Shown: piece after piece, positions 16,134 to 25,361 of the stretch
Numbering within the stretch: the stretch's first letter is position 1
How the letters are laid out: each line of letters opens with the position of its first letter
Source of the DNA: an uncultured Candidatus Saccharibacteria bacterium
Lineage (GTDB): Bacteria > Patescibacteriota > Minisyncoccia > Ryanbacterales > HO2-45-13
Reading direction: 5' to 3'
Assembly: GCA_964354975.1 (NCBI GenBank)
Contig: CAYHBS010000003.1
Coordinates: 4,086 to 68,085, forward strand
Length of the DNA stretch: 64,000 nt
The notes under the pieces: generated by a model
The model's database searches: none
Told to the model about the DNA's origin: nothing
Seen by the model: the letters and a program-made list of their open reading frames with translations, nothing else
Position numbers and translations under genes: made by a program

Positions 16134-16345
16134 CGTGGCGTGTCCGTATTATAGGTCAGCTCCATGCCTGGGCACAATAAACCAAGCTCCTTTGCGACCA
16201 AAGATCACGCTTACCATGTGGATGTTCCTGTTGGGGTATTTTTTTCAACTCACGCGTTTAACAAAGGAGCTCGGAAAATCAAAAAGACCCTCGCGGGGCC
16301 TTTTGAAGACGTAGTTCGTGCCGAGCCTTACCCAGAGCACTCAAT
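16044..16345 (-). ncRNA. Candidate structured RNA region: upstream ~65-nt sRNA (16345-16280) and 24-bp leader hairpin (16123-16044)
   Basis: Two promoters, a terminator, long stems with minus-strand G-U pairs, and 12-nt and 7-nt long-range complementarities. Confidence 0.55.
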
Positions 16346-16383
16346 GGACGCAGTATAGCAGATCCGAGAAAAAATGCAAGGTA

Positions 16384-18597
16384 TTACTGTGCGCCAATGG
16401 ATTTCAGCCATTCATCCACGGTTTGCGTGAATTCAGGATTCATTTGCTTTGCTTTCTTAGCGAACTCAATCGCCGCTTGTTTGTTTCCAAGATCCAGTGA
16501 CGTCTGCGCAAGCACGAGATTCATATAGGCGGTTCCATCAGGACTCACTGTATACTTGGTGATAAATTGCATAAATAGGAGTCGCTTATTCGGTTCAGGA
16601 ATGCGCATCACACGCTGCATAAAACTATCGATTTCCTCATTGTTCAGTTTTGTAATGCCATGTTCGGCAATATACGTTTCAAGAAATAACTGGGCCGACT
16701 GCGTGTCCTGCGCCTGCAAAAGCACATTCACAATCGGTGCCATCAGCGAACGCATGCGTCCCGAAATATCATAAGCTGTCGTAACAAGCGCAAGCGCCTC
16801 CACTTTCTTTTCCCTCGCAAGTTGGAGTTCCGCGTAACTCAAATAGTTTTGAATATACCCCGGAGCCTCGGTGATCGCCGCCTTGTAAAGCTCGTCCGCC
16901 CTGTCTCCTGCTGCACCACGTGAATCTTGGATCGCGAGAAGACGCCCAAGTAGTAATCGGTTTTTGAGTACCTGGGGCTCCGCAGCAACTTGCTCCTCCA
17001 TTTTTGCTACCGCCTCCGCAAGGAGTTTATTAGTCACGTCGTTACGCTCAGAAGATCTTAATGAAAGCTCCATCGCAATGATACCGAAGCGCTCGCGTAG
17101 CTCTCGAGAACCAAAGGTGTTTAATGCAAGCACCTCATTCATACGGGTCGCTATCTCTTCAAGAGTTTTTTGCTGCTGAAAAAACTGTAATACGTCAATA
17201 GTTCCTGTTGCCGCTTGAATTGGACGTACGTTGAGAAATAGCACTAGGAGCACCACAGAGACGAGCGCACCTGCTGGCACCATTGAGGCGATGGCTGGTT
17301 CTGCTGGCTTTATATTTTTGCTGCCATGTTCTACCGAGAACGTGTGCAAAAATGCGAGTGCAAACGCCAGGGTTAAATATGTGGTGATGCTATCAAACAC
17401 AAAGAAGTTCTGCATGAGATACGCGCCGTAGCCTCCCGCAAAAGCAAGGGCGACTGCAGATGAAATGACGCGCTTTTTCCACAATCGCCAGAGTGTATAG
17501 AGCGCCGCCACATGAATAGAGAGAAATGCGATAAATCCAAGAATGCCCGCATCCACTAACCACTCCAAAAACACATTGTGAGTGCGATCAAACCACGGTT
17601 CGTTTCCGTAGAGCGTCGGATTGTAATACTTGGCAAATGGCACAATAAACGTATCGGGCCCCCACCCGAGCACTGGGCGCTCACGCGCAGCCTCAATTGC
17701 CATTCCCCAAATTTTGATGCGGGGCTGATTTTGAATGTCAGTAAAAGACGTACCTGCAACTCGATTAAACAGAGGCACCGAGCGCACAACCGCGCTCTGC
17801 GGATACGCTTTAATTCCTGTAAGTAACGCTATACCAGCAATAACTGCCGCGAGTGCGCCGTACCTGAGTATTTTTTGTTTGGAAAAAATCAGCACCAGCA
17901 TTGTCATCGTCCCCACGCCCGCAAGAAGACCCACAAACGCTCCGCGACTTGCAGGAAGGAGAAAGGCTCCAAGCAACACCAACTCTAAGGTAATGAGCGT
18001 CCAACGCTTGAGTTGGTTCTTCCACTCACTCGCAAGGAGCCCTCCGACCACGAACATGTGTGTCATGAGATATACCGCGAGATAGATGAAGTTTCCAAAC
18101 GTTGCAAAGGGACGGTTCTCGGTCCCATACCCCTTCATCACATCAAATCCTTCCGCAAGAGTGAACAGCGCAATAAACGTCGCAACTCCAATGCTGACAT
18201 ATGCAAATCGCAACCAATCTGTTTTACTTTTGAGAATATGCGCTGCGGTAAGAAATAGCGCGAAGAGATGCAGATATGTAATCGTCCCCTCCATACGCTC
18301 GAAATTGGACCAGAAACTTTGATACGGATTGACCCCAAGAATTCCCGCAAGCGTGGCGATGCCCACGAACGCTCCGAACGCATATAGCACTATGCTTTTT
18401 CGAGGACGAAATGATGCGTCCAGCACCGCGAGCGATACCCACGCGACAAAGACAATTTCCGTGATGATCCGAAAAAAGAAGTTTTTTCCAGTAATAAACG
18501 GAAAATACATGGATTGAGTCACAATCAACGGAGTGAGGAGCAGTAACCCCAACCCAATGTACGCGACCCACTTGGCAAACGATTCGTAGGAGTTCAT
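16384..18597 (-). CDS. O-antigen ligase family (Wzy_C) membrane protein with C-terminal TPR-like region
   Basis: Multiple TM helices, ATFGN..YLA, SRGA, RIKIW, RPVLGWGP, FDRTHNVFLEWLVDAGILG. Confidence 0.88.
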   Translation of the reverse strand: MNSYESFAKWVAYIGLGLLLLTPLIVTQSMYFPFITGKNFFFRIITEIVFVAWVSLAVLDASFRPRKSIVLYAFGAFVGIATLAGILGVNPYQSFWSNFERMEGTITYLHLFALFLTAAHILKSKTDWLRFAYVSIGVATFIALFTLAEGFDVMKGYGTENRPFATFGNFIYLAVYLMTHMFVVGGLLASEWKNQLKRWTLITLELVLLGAFLLPASRGAFVGLLAGVGTMTMLVLIFSKQKILRYGALAAVIAGIALLTGIKAYPQSAVVRSVPLFNRVAGTSFTDIQNQPRIKIWGMAIEAARERPVLGWGPDTFIVPFAKYYNPTLYGNEPWFDRTHNVFLEWLVDAGILGFIAFLSIHVAALYTLWRLWKKRVISSAVALAFAGGYGAYLMQNFFVFDSITTYLTLAFALAFLHTFSVEHGSKNIKPAEPAIASMVPAGALVSVVLLVLFLNVRPIQAATGTIDVLQFFQQQKTLEEIATRMNEVLALNTFGSRELRERFGIIAMELSLRSSERNDVTNKLLAEAVAKMEEQVAAEPQVLKNRLLLGRLLAIQDSRGAAGDRADELYKAAITEAPGYIQNYLSYAELQLAREKKVEALALVTTAYDISGRMRSLMAPIVNVLLQAQDTQSAQLFLETYIAEHGITKLNNEEIDSFMQRVMRIPEPNKRLLFMQFITKYTVSPDGTAYMNLVLAQTSLDLGNKQAAIEFAKKAKQMNPEFTQTVDEWLKSIGAQ

Positions 18598-18657
18598 AGA
18601 TTGCGATTAGTATGCCACGCGCTACCAAAAATGACAAAAAGCGTTATAGTACTCAAT

Positions 18658-19986
18658 ATGATTAGCAGGTCACAGGCCTATCGATTGCTCCCCGTTATTG
18701 ATGGGGGCATTTTAGTTGCCGCATTGGCGGCAGCGCTTGCATTTCGATTCGGCGGTAGCGCGTTCCAAGATCAATGGAATTTGCACCTTACTCCATTTCT
18801 ACTGGTCTTTTTGCTCTGGATCGTTATTTTCCGAATGCATGATCTCTACAATCCGTACCAGTCTCTGGACGTGCGGAAGCTATTTGAAAATACCCTCCGT
18901 GCGTTTACAATCGACATCGGTGTTGCGACCATTTTTTTCTACGCTATTCCCTATTTCGGTATTACTCCGAGAAAAAATCTACTGCTGATTGGCGGCGTGG
19001 GTATCATCGCATTTGCATGCTGGAGACTCGCGTTTACGCTGTTTATCCGCACCTATGTGCCACTAAAAATATTCCTTATTGGCGACGCGCCTGAAATGCG
19101 TGTGGTTGCGACACATATTGCAGCACACCCAGAACTCGGAATGAGCTCGGAAGTGTATCATGAACTCACTGATACGATGGTTGCCACAATGACTGCTACT
19201 GCACAGAACTATTATGTCGTGCTACCTGAATCAACAAAGTCATCCTCCACGCTGATGAAACAGATGTATGCGCTGCTCCCTTCTGGTGTCCAAGTGGTCG
19301 ATTTTGCTTCGTTCTATGAACGCCTATTTCAAAAAATTCCTGTTTCGCTGATTACGGAACTTTGGTTTCTTGAACATATTGTTGAAGTAAAGAAGCCCTT
19401 CTTTTCGATGCTCAAGCGTTTTGTAGATATCGTGCTCGGAATTTGCATTGGAGCAATTACCCTTCTCCTCACACCATTGATTGCGCTTGCAATTAAGCTT
19501 GATAGCAACGGCCCAATCATTTTGCCTAATCATTACCGAATTGGGAAAAATGGTAAAAGATTTCAGTTATATAAGTTTCGATCAATGGGAAATAATGCTG
19601 AGAAACATGGTCCACAATGGACGCAAAAAAATGACCCACGAATTACTCGGGTTGGGAAATATTTGCGCGAACTACGTCTTGATGAGCTACCCCAAGTGTT
19701 AAATATTTTAAAAGGAGACATGTCTTTTATTGGCCCCCGACCAGAACGCCCAGAGTTTGTTGAAGGTTTAAAAAAAGAAATTCCCTTCTATGACATGCGC
19801 CACCTCGTAAAGCCGGGGCTTTCCGGATGGGCACAAATCAATCCTCCCTACTACTACGCTGGCACGGACGAAACAATCATCAAATTGCAATATGATCTCT
19901 TTTATATTAAAAATAGAAGCACGATGCTGGATGCATCAGTGCTGCTCAAAACGGTCGCCGTGCTCCTCTCTCGTAGGGGACATTAA
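18658..19986 (+). CDS. Priming polyprenyl glycosylphosphotransferase (WcaJ/WbaP family)
   Basis: N-terminal TMs, KRFVDI, YKFRSM, DPRITRVGKYLR, LDELPQ, GDMSFIGPRPERP, KPGLSGWAQ. Confidence 0.93.
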   Translation: MISRSQAYRLLPVIDGGILVAALAAALAFRFGGSAFQDQWNLHLTPFLLVFLLWIVIFRMHDLYNPYQSLDVRKLFENTLRAFTIDIGVATIFFYAIPYFGITPRKNLLLIGGVGIIAFACWRLAFTLFIRTYVPLKIFLIGDAPEMRVVATHIAAHPELGMSSEVYHELTDTMVATMTATAQNYYVVLPESTKSSSTLMKQMYALLPSGVQVVDFASFYERLFQKIPVSLITELWFLEHIVEVKKPFFSMLKRFVDIVLGICIGAITLLLTPLIALAIKLDSNGPIILPNHYRIGKNGKRFQLYKFRSMGNNAEKHGPQWTQKNDPRITRVGKYLRELRLDELPQVLNILKGDMSFIGPRPERPEFVEGLKKEIPFYDMRHLVKPGLSGWAQINPPYYYAGTDETIIKLQYDLFYIKNRSTMLDASVLLKTVAVLLSRRGH

Positions 19987-19987
19987 C

Positions 19988-21043
19988 TTAATATGTATTT
20001 CTTAACGTAATCTGTTCGTCCGGAGCAATATGTTGTTTCGCCCTGCGCCCAATAATGTGATTAAGTTGCTCTGGTCCTAATCCACCAATCAGTGGCCGCT
20101 TGAACAGTATATGGCTTTCGGTAATGTTTTCACCCCGAGTTATTTTTCGTGCAGCGACAATACTCTGCCCTGCCCACAGACGACTTTTATTGAGCGATTT
20201 TTTTGTAGAAAGATCTCGAAAAACCATACTTGCTTCTACATCTCGCGCCGCAGAAACAAACGTGATAAATTCATCCGACAACAATGCGCCGGGATTGTCC
20301 AATGATCGTGGGTCAGATTTATCAAAAGTAATATGTTTTTCCATTACTTTTATGCCCATCGCAATAGCAGCTAAAGGCACGTGATATCCGACCGTGTGAT
20401 CCGAATACCCTACAGGCCCCGTCACCATGTGTTGGAGCTCATAAATTTGTCGGAGTGCCGCATGTTGTGGTTTTGTGGGATATTCCGTTGTGCAATGTAA
20501 TGGAATCACCGATGGCGTTCCGCGCGAAACAAGTAGACGCACGCTGGACTGAATCTCTTTAGGAGTATGCATGCCAAACGAAATAATAACCGGTATTTTT
20601 TTTGATGCGACATGTGACAAAAATCGATGGTTATGCGCCTCACCCGATCCAACTTTAATACAATCCACCCCAAGCGCTACGAGCTTGTCCACACTTTCCT
20701 CATCGTGCGGACTCGCAAAACACGTAATGTGCTTTTTTTGTGCGTACGCAAACAATTTTTTTAAATTAGTAAACGACAGTTCCCGAGATTTCAGGCGCGT
20801 ATACCAGTTATACCCTAATTTCTTTTGATATTTTTGCGCCGAAACCTTTGAAACTAGAGACGCAGTATTCCACAGTTGAAATTTTATGGCATCGGCTTTT
20901 GCAGCAACCGCCGCATCAATTTGTTTTTTCGCGAGCGCATACTGGCCATAATTTGTCACTCCTCCCTCACAAATGATAAAAACGGGGTGACCGTCCCCGA
21001 TAGTGTGTTTGCCAATACGAATGGTGCGACTTGTTCGAATCAT
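19988..21043 (-). CDS. NeuB-family nonulosonate synthase (SAF C-terminus) #1
   Basis: ADAIKFQ, IKVGSGE, LHCTTEYP, GYSDHT, EKHIT. Confidence 0.9.
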   Translation of the reverse strand: MIRTSRTIRIGKHTIGDGHPVFIICEGGVTNYGQYALAKKQIDAAVAAKADAIKFQLWNTASLVSKVSAQKYQKKLGYNWYTRLKSRELSFTNLKKLFAYAQKKHITCFASPHDEESVDKLVALGVDCIKVGSGEAHNHRFLSHVASKKIPVIISFGMHTPKEIQSSVRLLVSRGTPSVIPLHCTTEYPTKPQHAALRQIYELQHMVTGPVGYSDHTVGYHVPLAAIAMGIKVMEKHITFDKSDPRSLDNPGALLSDEFITFVSAARDVEASMVFRDLSTKKSLNKSRLWAGQSIVAARKITRGENITESHILFKRPLIGGLGPEQLNHIIGRRAKQHIAPDEQITLRNTY

Positions 21044-21102
21044 AGCTACCTCAATGTATACTACTATTATACCTATTGTACGCAGTTCCATCAGCATAGA
21101 AA

Positions 21103-21128
21103 AGAGGGTCGCACATGTGCGACCCTCT
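21103..21128 (-). terminator. Perfect 26-bp palindrome / terminator of sqdB
   Basis: AGAGGGTCGCACATGTGCGACCCTCT followed by T-rich run on minus strand. Confidence 0.8.
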
Positions 21129-21136
21129 GTTATGTG

Positions 21137-22306
21137 TCATGGCTTCCATTTTACCGTCGGCATGATAACTTCCGGTTCGATGTTCCGCTTCGCAGCGATC
21201 ACCGACCCCATCATCTCAGCTATCACCTCGTCAGTAAGCAAGTGCGGATGCAGACCGAGCGAAATCAGTGAGGAATTCTTCGCATTGTAGTAGTGCTCTT
21301 CGCTCTCTACTCTTGGGTTTCCGATCGATGCCATAGTGGCGTCGATTCCAAACTCACTATTTGCGACGTACTGCACGCGGCGCGCCAGCTCATTCACCGA
21401 ATACTGCTCAGTAAACTGATTGAACACTCGGAACTCTCCTTTCTCCGCTGGATGTGTCACTGCAAGCTCCACACACTGTAATGTATCGAGAATGTTGAGA
21501 TATCCGCGCGTTTGACCTCCGCGACCGTACACCGTGAGCGGAACACCCGATACAGCCTGCACGATGAAGCGGTTTAGAGCAGTGCCAAATACTCCGTCGT
21601 AGTGAAAGCTCGTAACAAATCCATCCGCAAGCAACGTCTCCGGCGTATGAATGCCGTAGACAACGCCCTGATTGAGGTCGGTAGCGCGCAACCCCCACGA
21701 TCGACAGGCGAACTCGATGTTCACACTGTCTGCAACCTTTGAAGCGTGGTAGAACGATCCCGGACGCTTTGGATACAGCATTCGATCTTTTCTCCCGCGA
21801 TGCTCAATCTCGATCCACCCCTCCTCAATATCGATGTTCGGAGTGCCGTACTCGCCCATCGTCCCAAGCTTCACCAGATGCGCATCAGGCACGATATCGC
21901 GCATCGCGAACAAAATGTTCAGCGTGCCAACAATGTTGTCCGCCTGCGTACGTGTTGCGCGCGAACGAGACATCATTGAATACGGTGCGGACGGCTGTTC
22001 GGCGTAATGGATGATCGCGTCGGGCAGAAACTCTCTCACAAACCCCAACGTTGCGCCGGGATTTGCAGCGATGTCTACCACATTCCCCTGCGGGAGCGCG
22101 ATCTCCGTTCCCTGCCCCGAGCGATTCCACAATCGCACGCGTTTTTGTAGCGTCGGCCGCGAGAAGAGTGGTTCACCGCCTACTTCTTCCTCCCATCTTC
22201 GTTTCGCTAAGCTATCAGCGATCGCTACAGAGTGTCCTCGCCTGGCAAAATACATTACGGTGGGCCAACCGAGATAGCCATCTCCACCAAGCACCATGAT
22301 GTTCAT
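21137..22306 (-). CDS. sqdB: UDP-sulfoquinovose synthase
   Basis: LGGDGYLGWPT, HYAEQPSAPYSM, HLVKLGTMGEYGTPNIDIEEG, PGSFYHASK, TDLNQGVVYG, NPRVESEEHYY. Confidence 0.93.
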   Translation of the reverse strand: MNIMVLGGDGYLGWPTVMYFARRGHSVAIADSLAKRRWEEEVGGEPLFSRPTLQKRVRLWNRSGQGTEIALPQGNVVDIAANPGATLGFVREFLPDAIIHYAEQPSAPYSMMSRSRATRTQADNIVGTLNILFAMRDIVPDAHLVKLGTMGEYGTPNIDIEEGWIEIEHRGRKDRMLYPKRPGSFYHASKVADSVNIEFACRSWGLRATDLNQGVVYGIHTPETLLADGFVTSFHYDGVFGTALNRFIVQAVSGVPLTVYGRGGQTRGYLNILDTLQCVELAVTHPAEKGEFRVFNQFTEQYSVNELARRVQYVANSEFGIDATMASIGNPRVESEEHYYNAKNSSLISLGLHPHLLTDEVIAEMMGSVIAAKRNIEPEVIMPTVKWKP

Positions 22307-22313
22307 GTATCCA

Positions 22314-22373
22314 ACCTCCTTTCTCGTAAGTACAAACTAACCGTACGCTACGTTGAATGAAGTGTTCTGTCAA
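22314..22373 (-). promoter_or_regulatory. Own promoter and SD of sqdB
   Basis: TTGACA 22373-22368, 17 nt, TAGCGT 22350-22345; AAAGGAGGT 22322-22314. Confidence 0.6.
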
Positions 22374-22378
22374 GTGTT

Positions 22379-23089
22379 TTATGAGAAATTTCCATCCGAT
22401 TGAAGCATCTCAAGCATGTGCTCTCCGCGCTCAAAATCCTCGGGACAATCAATATCAAGTGAGCGATTGTCGGGCATTAGATACGGGAGAACGTGATCCC
22501 CGTATAAACGCCCTTTCAAGAGTACGTCGCGACGCACAGCGTATACAGCACCGTTACGCCAATACACGCGAGGTAGTTCTTGTCTGCGCGTACCCTCCGC
22601 CTCAACTGCACAAAACGATTTTAACATTCCATCTTCAATCACTTTTGCTTTTGCGGGATGATGGTCGATATATTCTACAACACTCACCGCGCTATCAGCA
22701 TCAGATTCCGCAAGCAAGTTTACCACCGAATCAATATCTTCAGAAAGACGTAGGGGCGATGTGGGCTGCAAGGTCACAACAATATCGTATGTGACGCCAT
22801 CCGCAGCTTCAGCAAACTTCAGAGCGTGCTGTAACACAGGGAGATGAGGAGTATCATCAGCCGCCAATGATGCTGGTCGAAAAAATGGCACATCTGCTCC
22901 TGCGGTACGCGCAATCTCAGCAATATGTTCATCGTCGGTAGAGACAATCGTGCGTGTGAGTGTGTGAGCTGATCGCGCTGCCGTAATCGTGTAGGTAATG
23001 AGAGGATTGCCTCCAAATAACTTCACATTTTTTCCAGGAATTCCTTTTGATCCTCCACGCGCAGTAATTACTCCAAGTACCCTCATCAT
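22379..23089 (-). CDS. NeuA-family acylneuraminate cytidylyltransferase #1
   Basis: ITARGGSKGIPGKN, VSTDD, LQPTSPLR, NGAVY, SLDID. Confidence 0.92.
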   Translation of the reverse strand: MMRVLGVITARGGSKGIPGKNVKLFGGNPLITYTITAARSAHTLTRTIVSTDDEHIAEIARTAGADVPFFRPASLAADDTPHLPVLQHALKFAEAADGVTYDIVVTLQPTSPLRLSEDIDSVVNLLAESDADSAVSVVEYIDHHPAKAKVIEDGMLKSFCAVEAEGTRRQELPRVYWRNGAVYAVRRDVLLKGRLYGDHVLPYLMPDNRSLDIDCPEDFERGEHMLEMLQSDGNFS

Positions 23090-24252
23090 GATGTTGGGGG
23101 ATCGTTAAATTGTTTCTGCACGTAGAGTGGAGTGGATACCAGTGCCTCAGCCATACGACTACTGGTATCGGGTTGATAATAAAAAGAGTTCTGTTCATAC
23201 TTTCCGTGCTGTACTTGAACATTAATTGCACAGTATATGGCATCTGCATCATGTACAACGTCTCGTATATGAGGTCCGCGCGGTCGGCCATTCTGGCGTG
23301 ATCCAATATTCACTACTGGCGTTCCTAAAAACGAAGCTTCTTTAATTCCTGCAGATGAATTCCCCACCAAACACGCTGCCGCTTTCATGAGACCCATAAA
23401 TTCATTTGGCGGCAAATACTTAATGAATCGCATGTGCGTTGAATGATGGTGTTCGCGAAACGAACGAATACCACGAGATACTTCGTCGGTTCCTGCATCC
23501 ACGTTTGGCCAAAACCAAACGGTAGGCAGTCCTGTGCGCTGAACCGCATGGAGCGTTGCATCAATGTGTGCGCGATTTTTTCCTACTTCAGACGTTACGG
23601 GATGCTGCATCACAAGTAAAAATGGCTTCTGAATATCAACAACGTCCCCAACACCAATACTATTGACGTATGTATTGGTGAGATCAAATGTACTTTTTTC
23701 AACAAATTCAACGTCTAAACTTCCAAAATTATATACCGTATCAGGTCGCTCTCCCATTTGCAGAATCCGTTCATGTGCTTTCGAATTTGTAGGAAAATGA
23801 ATATGCGATAATTTTGTGATGGCGTGGCGCACTGATTCATCAATACTTCCGGTCACGTCTCCTCCCTCGATGTGTGCAACCGTAATATTCATGTATGCCG
23901 CGGCAATTGCGGCAGCGAGTACCTCAAATCGATCCGCGCGGAGTAATACAATGTCGGGCTTCAGATTTTGAAACGCGGTTGAAAATTCGATAATACCAAG
24001 TCCAGCTGTTTTTGCCATTGCCACTGGATTTCCACCTTCAATCGTCATGGTAATTTGTGCTGCTGGAACCAGTTGATGTTCCTGCATGAGCTTAATAACA
24101 TCACCATATTTATCGAGCATGGCGGACGCACCCACCACAATTTGGAGTTCAACATCCTCCCGGCGCGAGAGTTCGCTCAGCAACAAGATTCCCCGCGAAA
24201 AATGAATTGGGGACGTAATGATATAACAAATTTTCCTCTTCTTGGTTGTCAT
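23086..24252 (-). CDS. NeuC-family hydrolysing UDP-GlcNAc 2-epimerase #1
   Basis: DRFE, AHIEGGDVTGSIDESVRHAITKLSHIHF, QHPVT, VGNSSAG, NIGSRQ. Confidence 0.92.
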   Translation of the reverse strand: MTTKKRKICYIITSPIHFSRGILLLSELSRREDVELQIVVGASAMLDKYGDVIKLMQEHQLVPAAQITMTIEGGNPVAMAKTAGLGIIEFSTAFQNLKPDIVLLRADRFEVLAAAIAAAYMNITVAHIEGGDVTGSIDESVRHAITKLSHIHFPTNSKAHERILQMGERPDTVYNFGSLDVEFVEKSTFDLTNTYVNSIGVGDVVDIQKPFLLVMQHPVTSEVGKNRAHIDATLHAVQRTGLPTVWFWPNVDAGTDEVSRGIRSFREHHHSTHMRFIKYLPPNEFMGLMKAAACLVGNSSAGIKEASFLGTPVVNIGSRQNGRPRGPHIRDVVHDADAIYCAINVQVQHGKYEQNSFYYQPDTSSRMAEALVSTPLYVQKQFNDPPTS

Positions 24253-25361
24253 AGCAATTTCACATCAGTAAGCGTGATCGGGGAAAACTGGGTCAGTGCG
24301 TGCATTACTTGCTTCCCAACGAGCTCTGCATAATCCTGAGCAAGTGCGCCCGGAATCAGTGCACGTGGGCGCATAGCCGCAAGATCTGTCTCCTCAATAG
24401 TCTCTCCCTCACGGATATCCCGCACTACCACGAGCGACTTATTAAAAAATGGGCGAAATGTATTATGCGCCCCTTCAAATTCTTTATCAATATCCCCATA
24501 AAAGGCCTCTGGAGATGCCGCTACATATGTCCCTGAGCGCACGGCGCGTACTAGTTCCTTCATTTCATGGGGTAACATGGACACCTTATGATCCGGCCCC
24601 CACGCATCACGCGACAAACTAAAATGTTTTTCTATCATTCTCGCCCCTATTTTGATCGCGGCAAGTGCAACGTCCATTCCAAGCGAATGATCGGAAAAAC
24701 CAACAATTGCATGTGGGTACGCGTCCTTCAGATACTGAATTGATGCTAAGTTAAATACTTCAGGTGGACATGGGTATTGGCTCACACAATACAGTATAAT
24801 CGGAGTTACCCGTGCGCGTGCCAAGTGCTGCATCACTGCCTGTAACTCTTGTCGGCTCACCATTCCCGTGGAAATGATGATGGGTTTTTTGAAACTCACA
24901 AGGGTATCAAGTAGAAGATAATCTAGTACGTCCGCAGATCCTACTTTCCATAGTGACATGCCGAGTTCAGACATTTGGATTGCAGCTCCTTTACTCATGG
25001 GAGTGGTGAACATGCGCATATGCTTTTCTGCACAATATATACTGAGCGGGCGCCAAAATGCATCCATCGGAGTCTGACGCGTGTTGCGCTCAACCCATCG
25101 ATATCGATCGTTCGCAGGAAAATGTGGGGAAACAATGGGAATATTAAGTTGTTCATCAGCAACATGATGTGTCTGAAACTTCACCGCATCAACACCAGCG
25201 TCCACGGCGGCGTCCACAAGCAACTGTGCGCGACGCAGTAATGTTTCAACAGATTCTTCCTCCTCGGTCACAATAAAATTCTTTCCAATTTCAGCAACAA
25301 TAAAGACGTCCCTCCCCGATCGTCGCTCTAAATCATTCAACGTCATTGCATGCATATCCAT
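24249..25361 (-). CDS. NeuB-family nonulosonate synthase #2
   Basis: FIVAEIG.N, DAVKFQT, KVGSAD, CVSQYP, GFSDHS, IEKHF, GPDHKVS. Confidence 0.9.
   Translation of the reverse strand: MDMHAMTLNDLERRSGRDVFIVAEIGKNFIVTEEEESVETLLRRAQLLVDAAVDAGVDAVKFQTHHVADEQLNIPIVSPHFPANDRYRWVERNTRQTPMDAFWRPLSIYCAEKHMRMFTTPMSKGAAIQMSELGMSLWKVGSADVLDYLLLDTLVSFKKPIIISTGMVSRQELQAVMQHLARARVTPIILYCVSQYPCPPEVFNLASIQYLKDAYPHAIVGFSDHSLGMDVALAAIKIGARMIEKHFSLSRDAWGPDHKVSMLPHEMKELVRAVRSGTYVAASPEAFYGDIDKEFEGAHNTFRPFFNKSLVVVRDIREGETIEETDLAAMRPRALIPGALAQDYAELVGKQVMHALTQFSPITLTDVKLL

Noticed and set aside
16044-16345. Identification as raiA-motif RNA, tmRNA, RNase P, SRP or 6S
   Set aside because: None of their hallmark sequences was recognised by eye, and murB lies between it and raiA. 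Left as unknown pending an Rfam scan.
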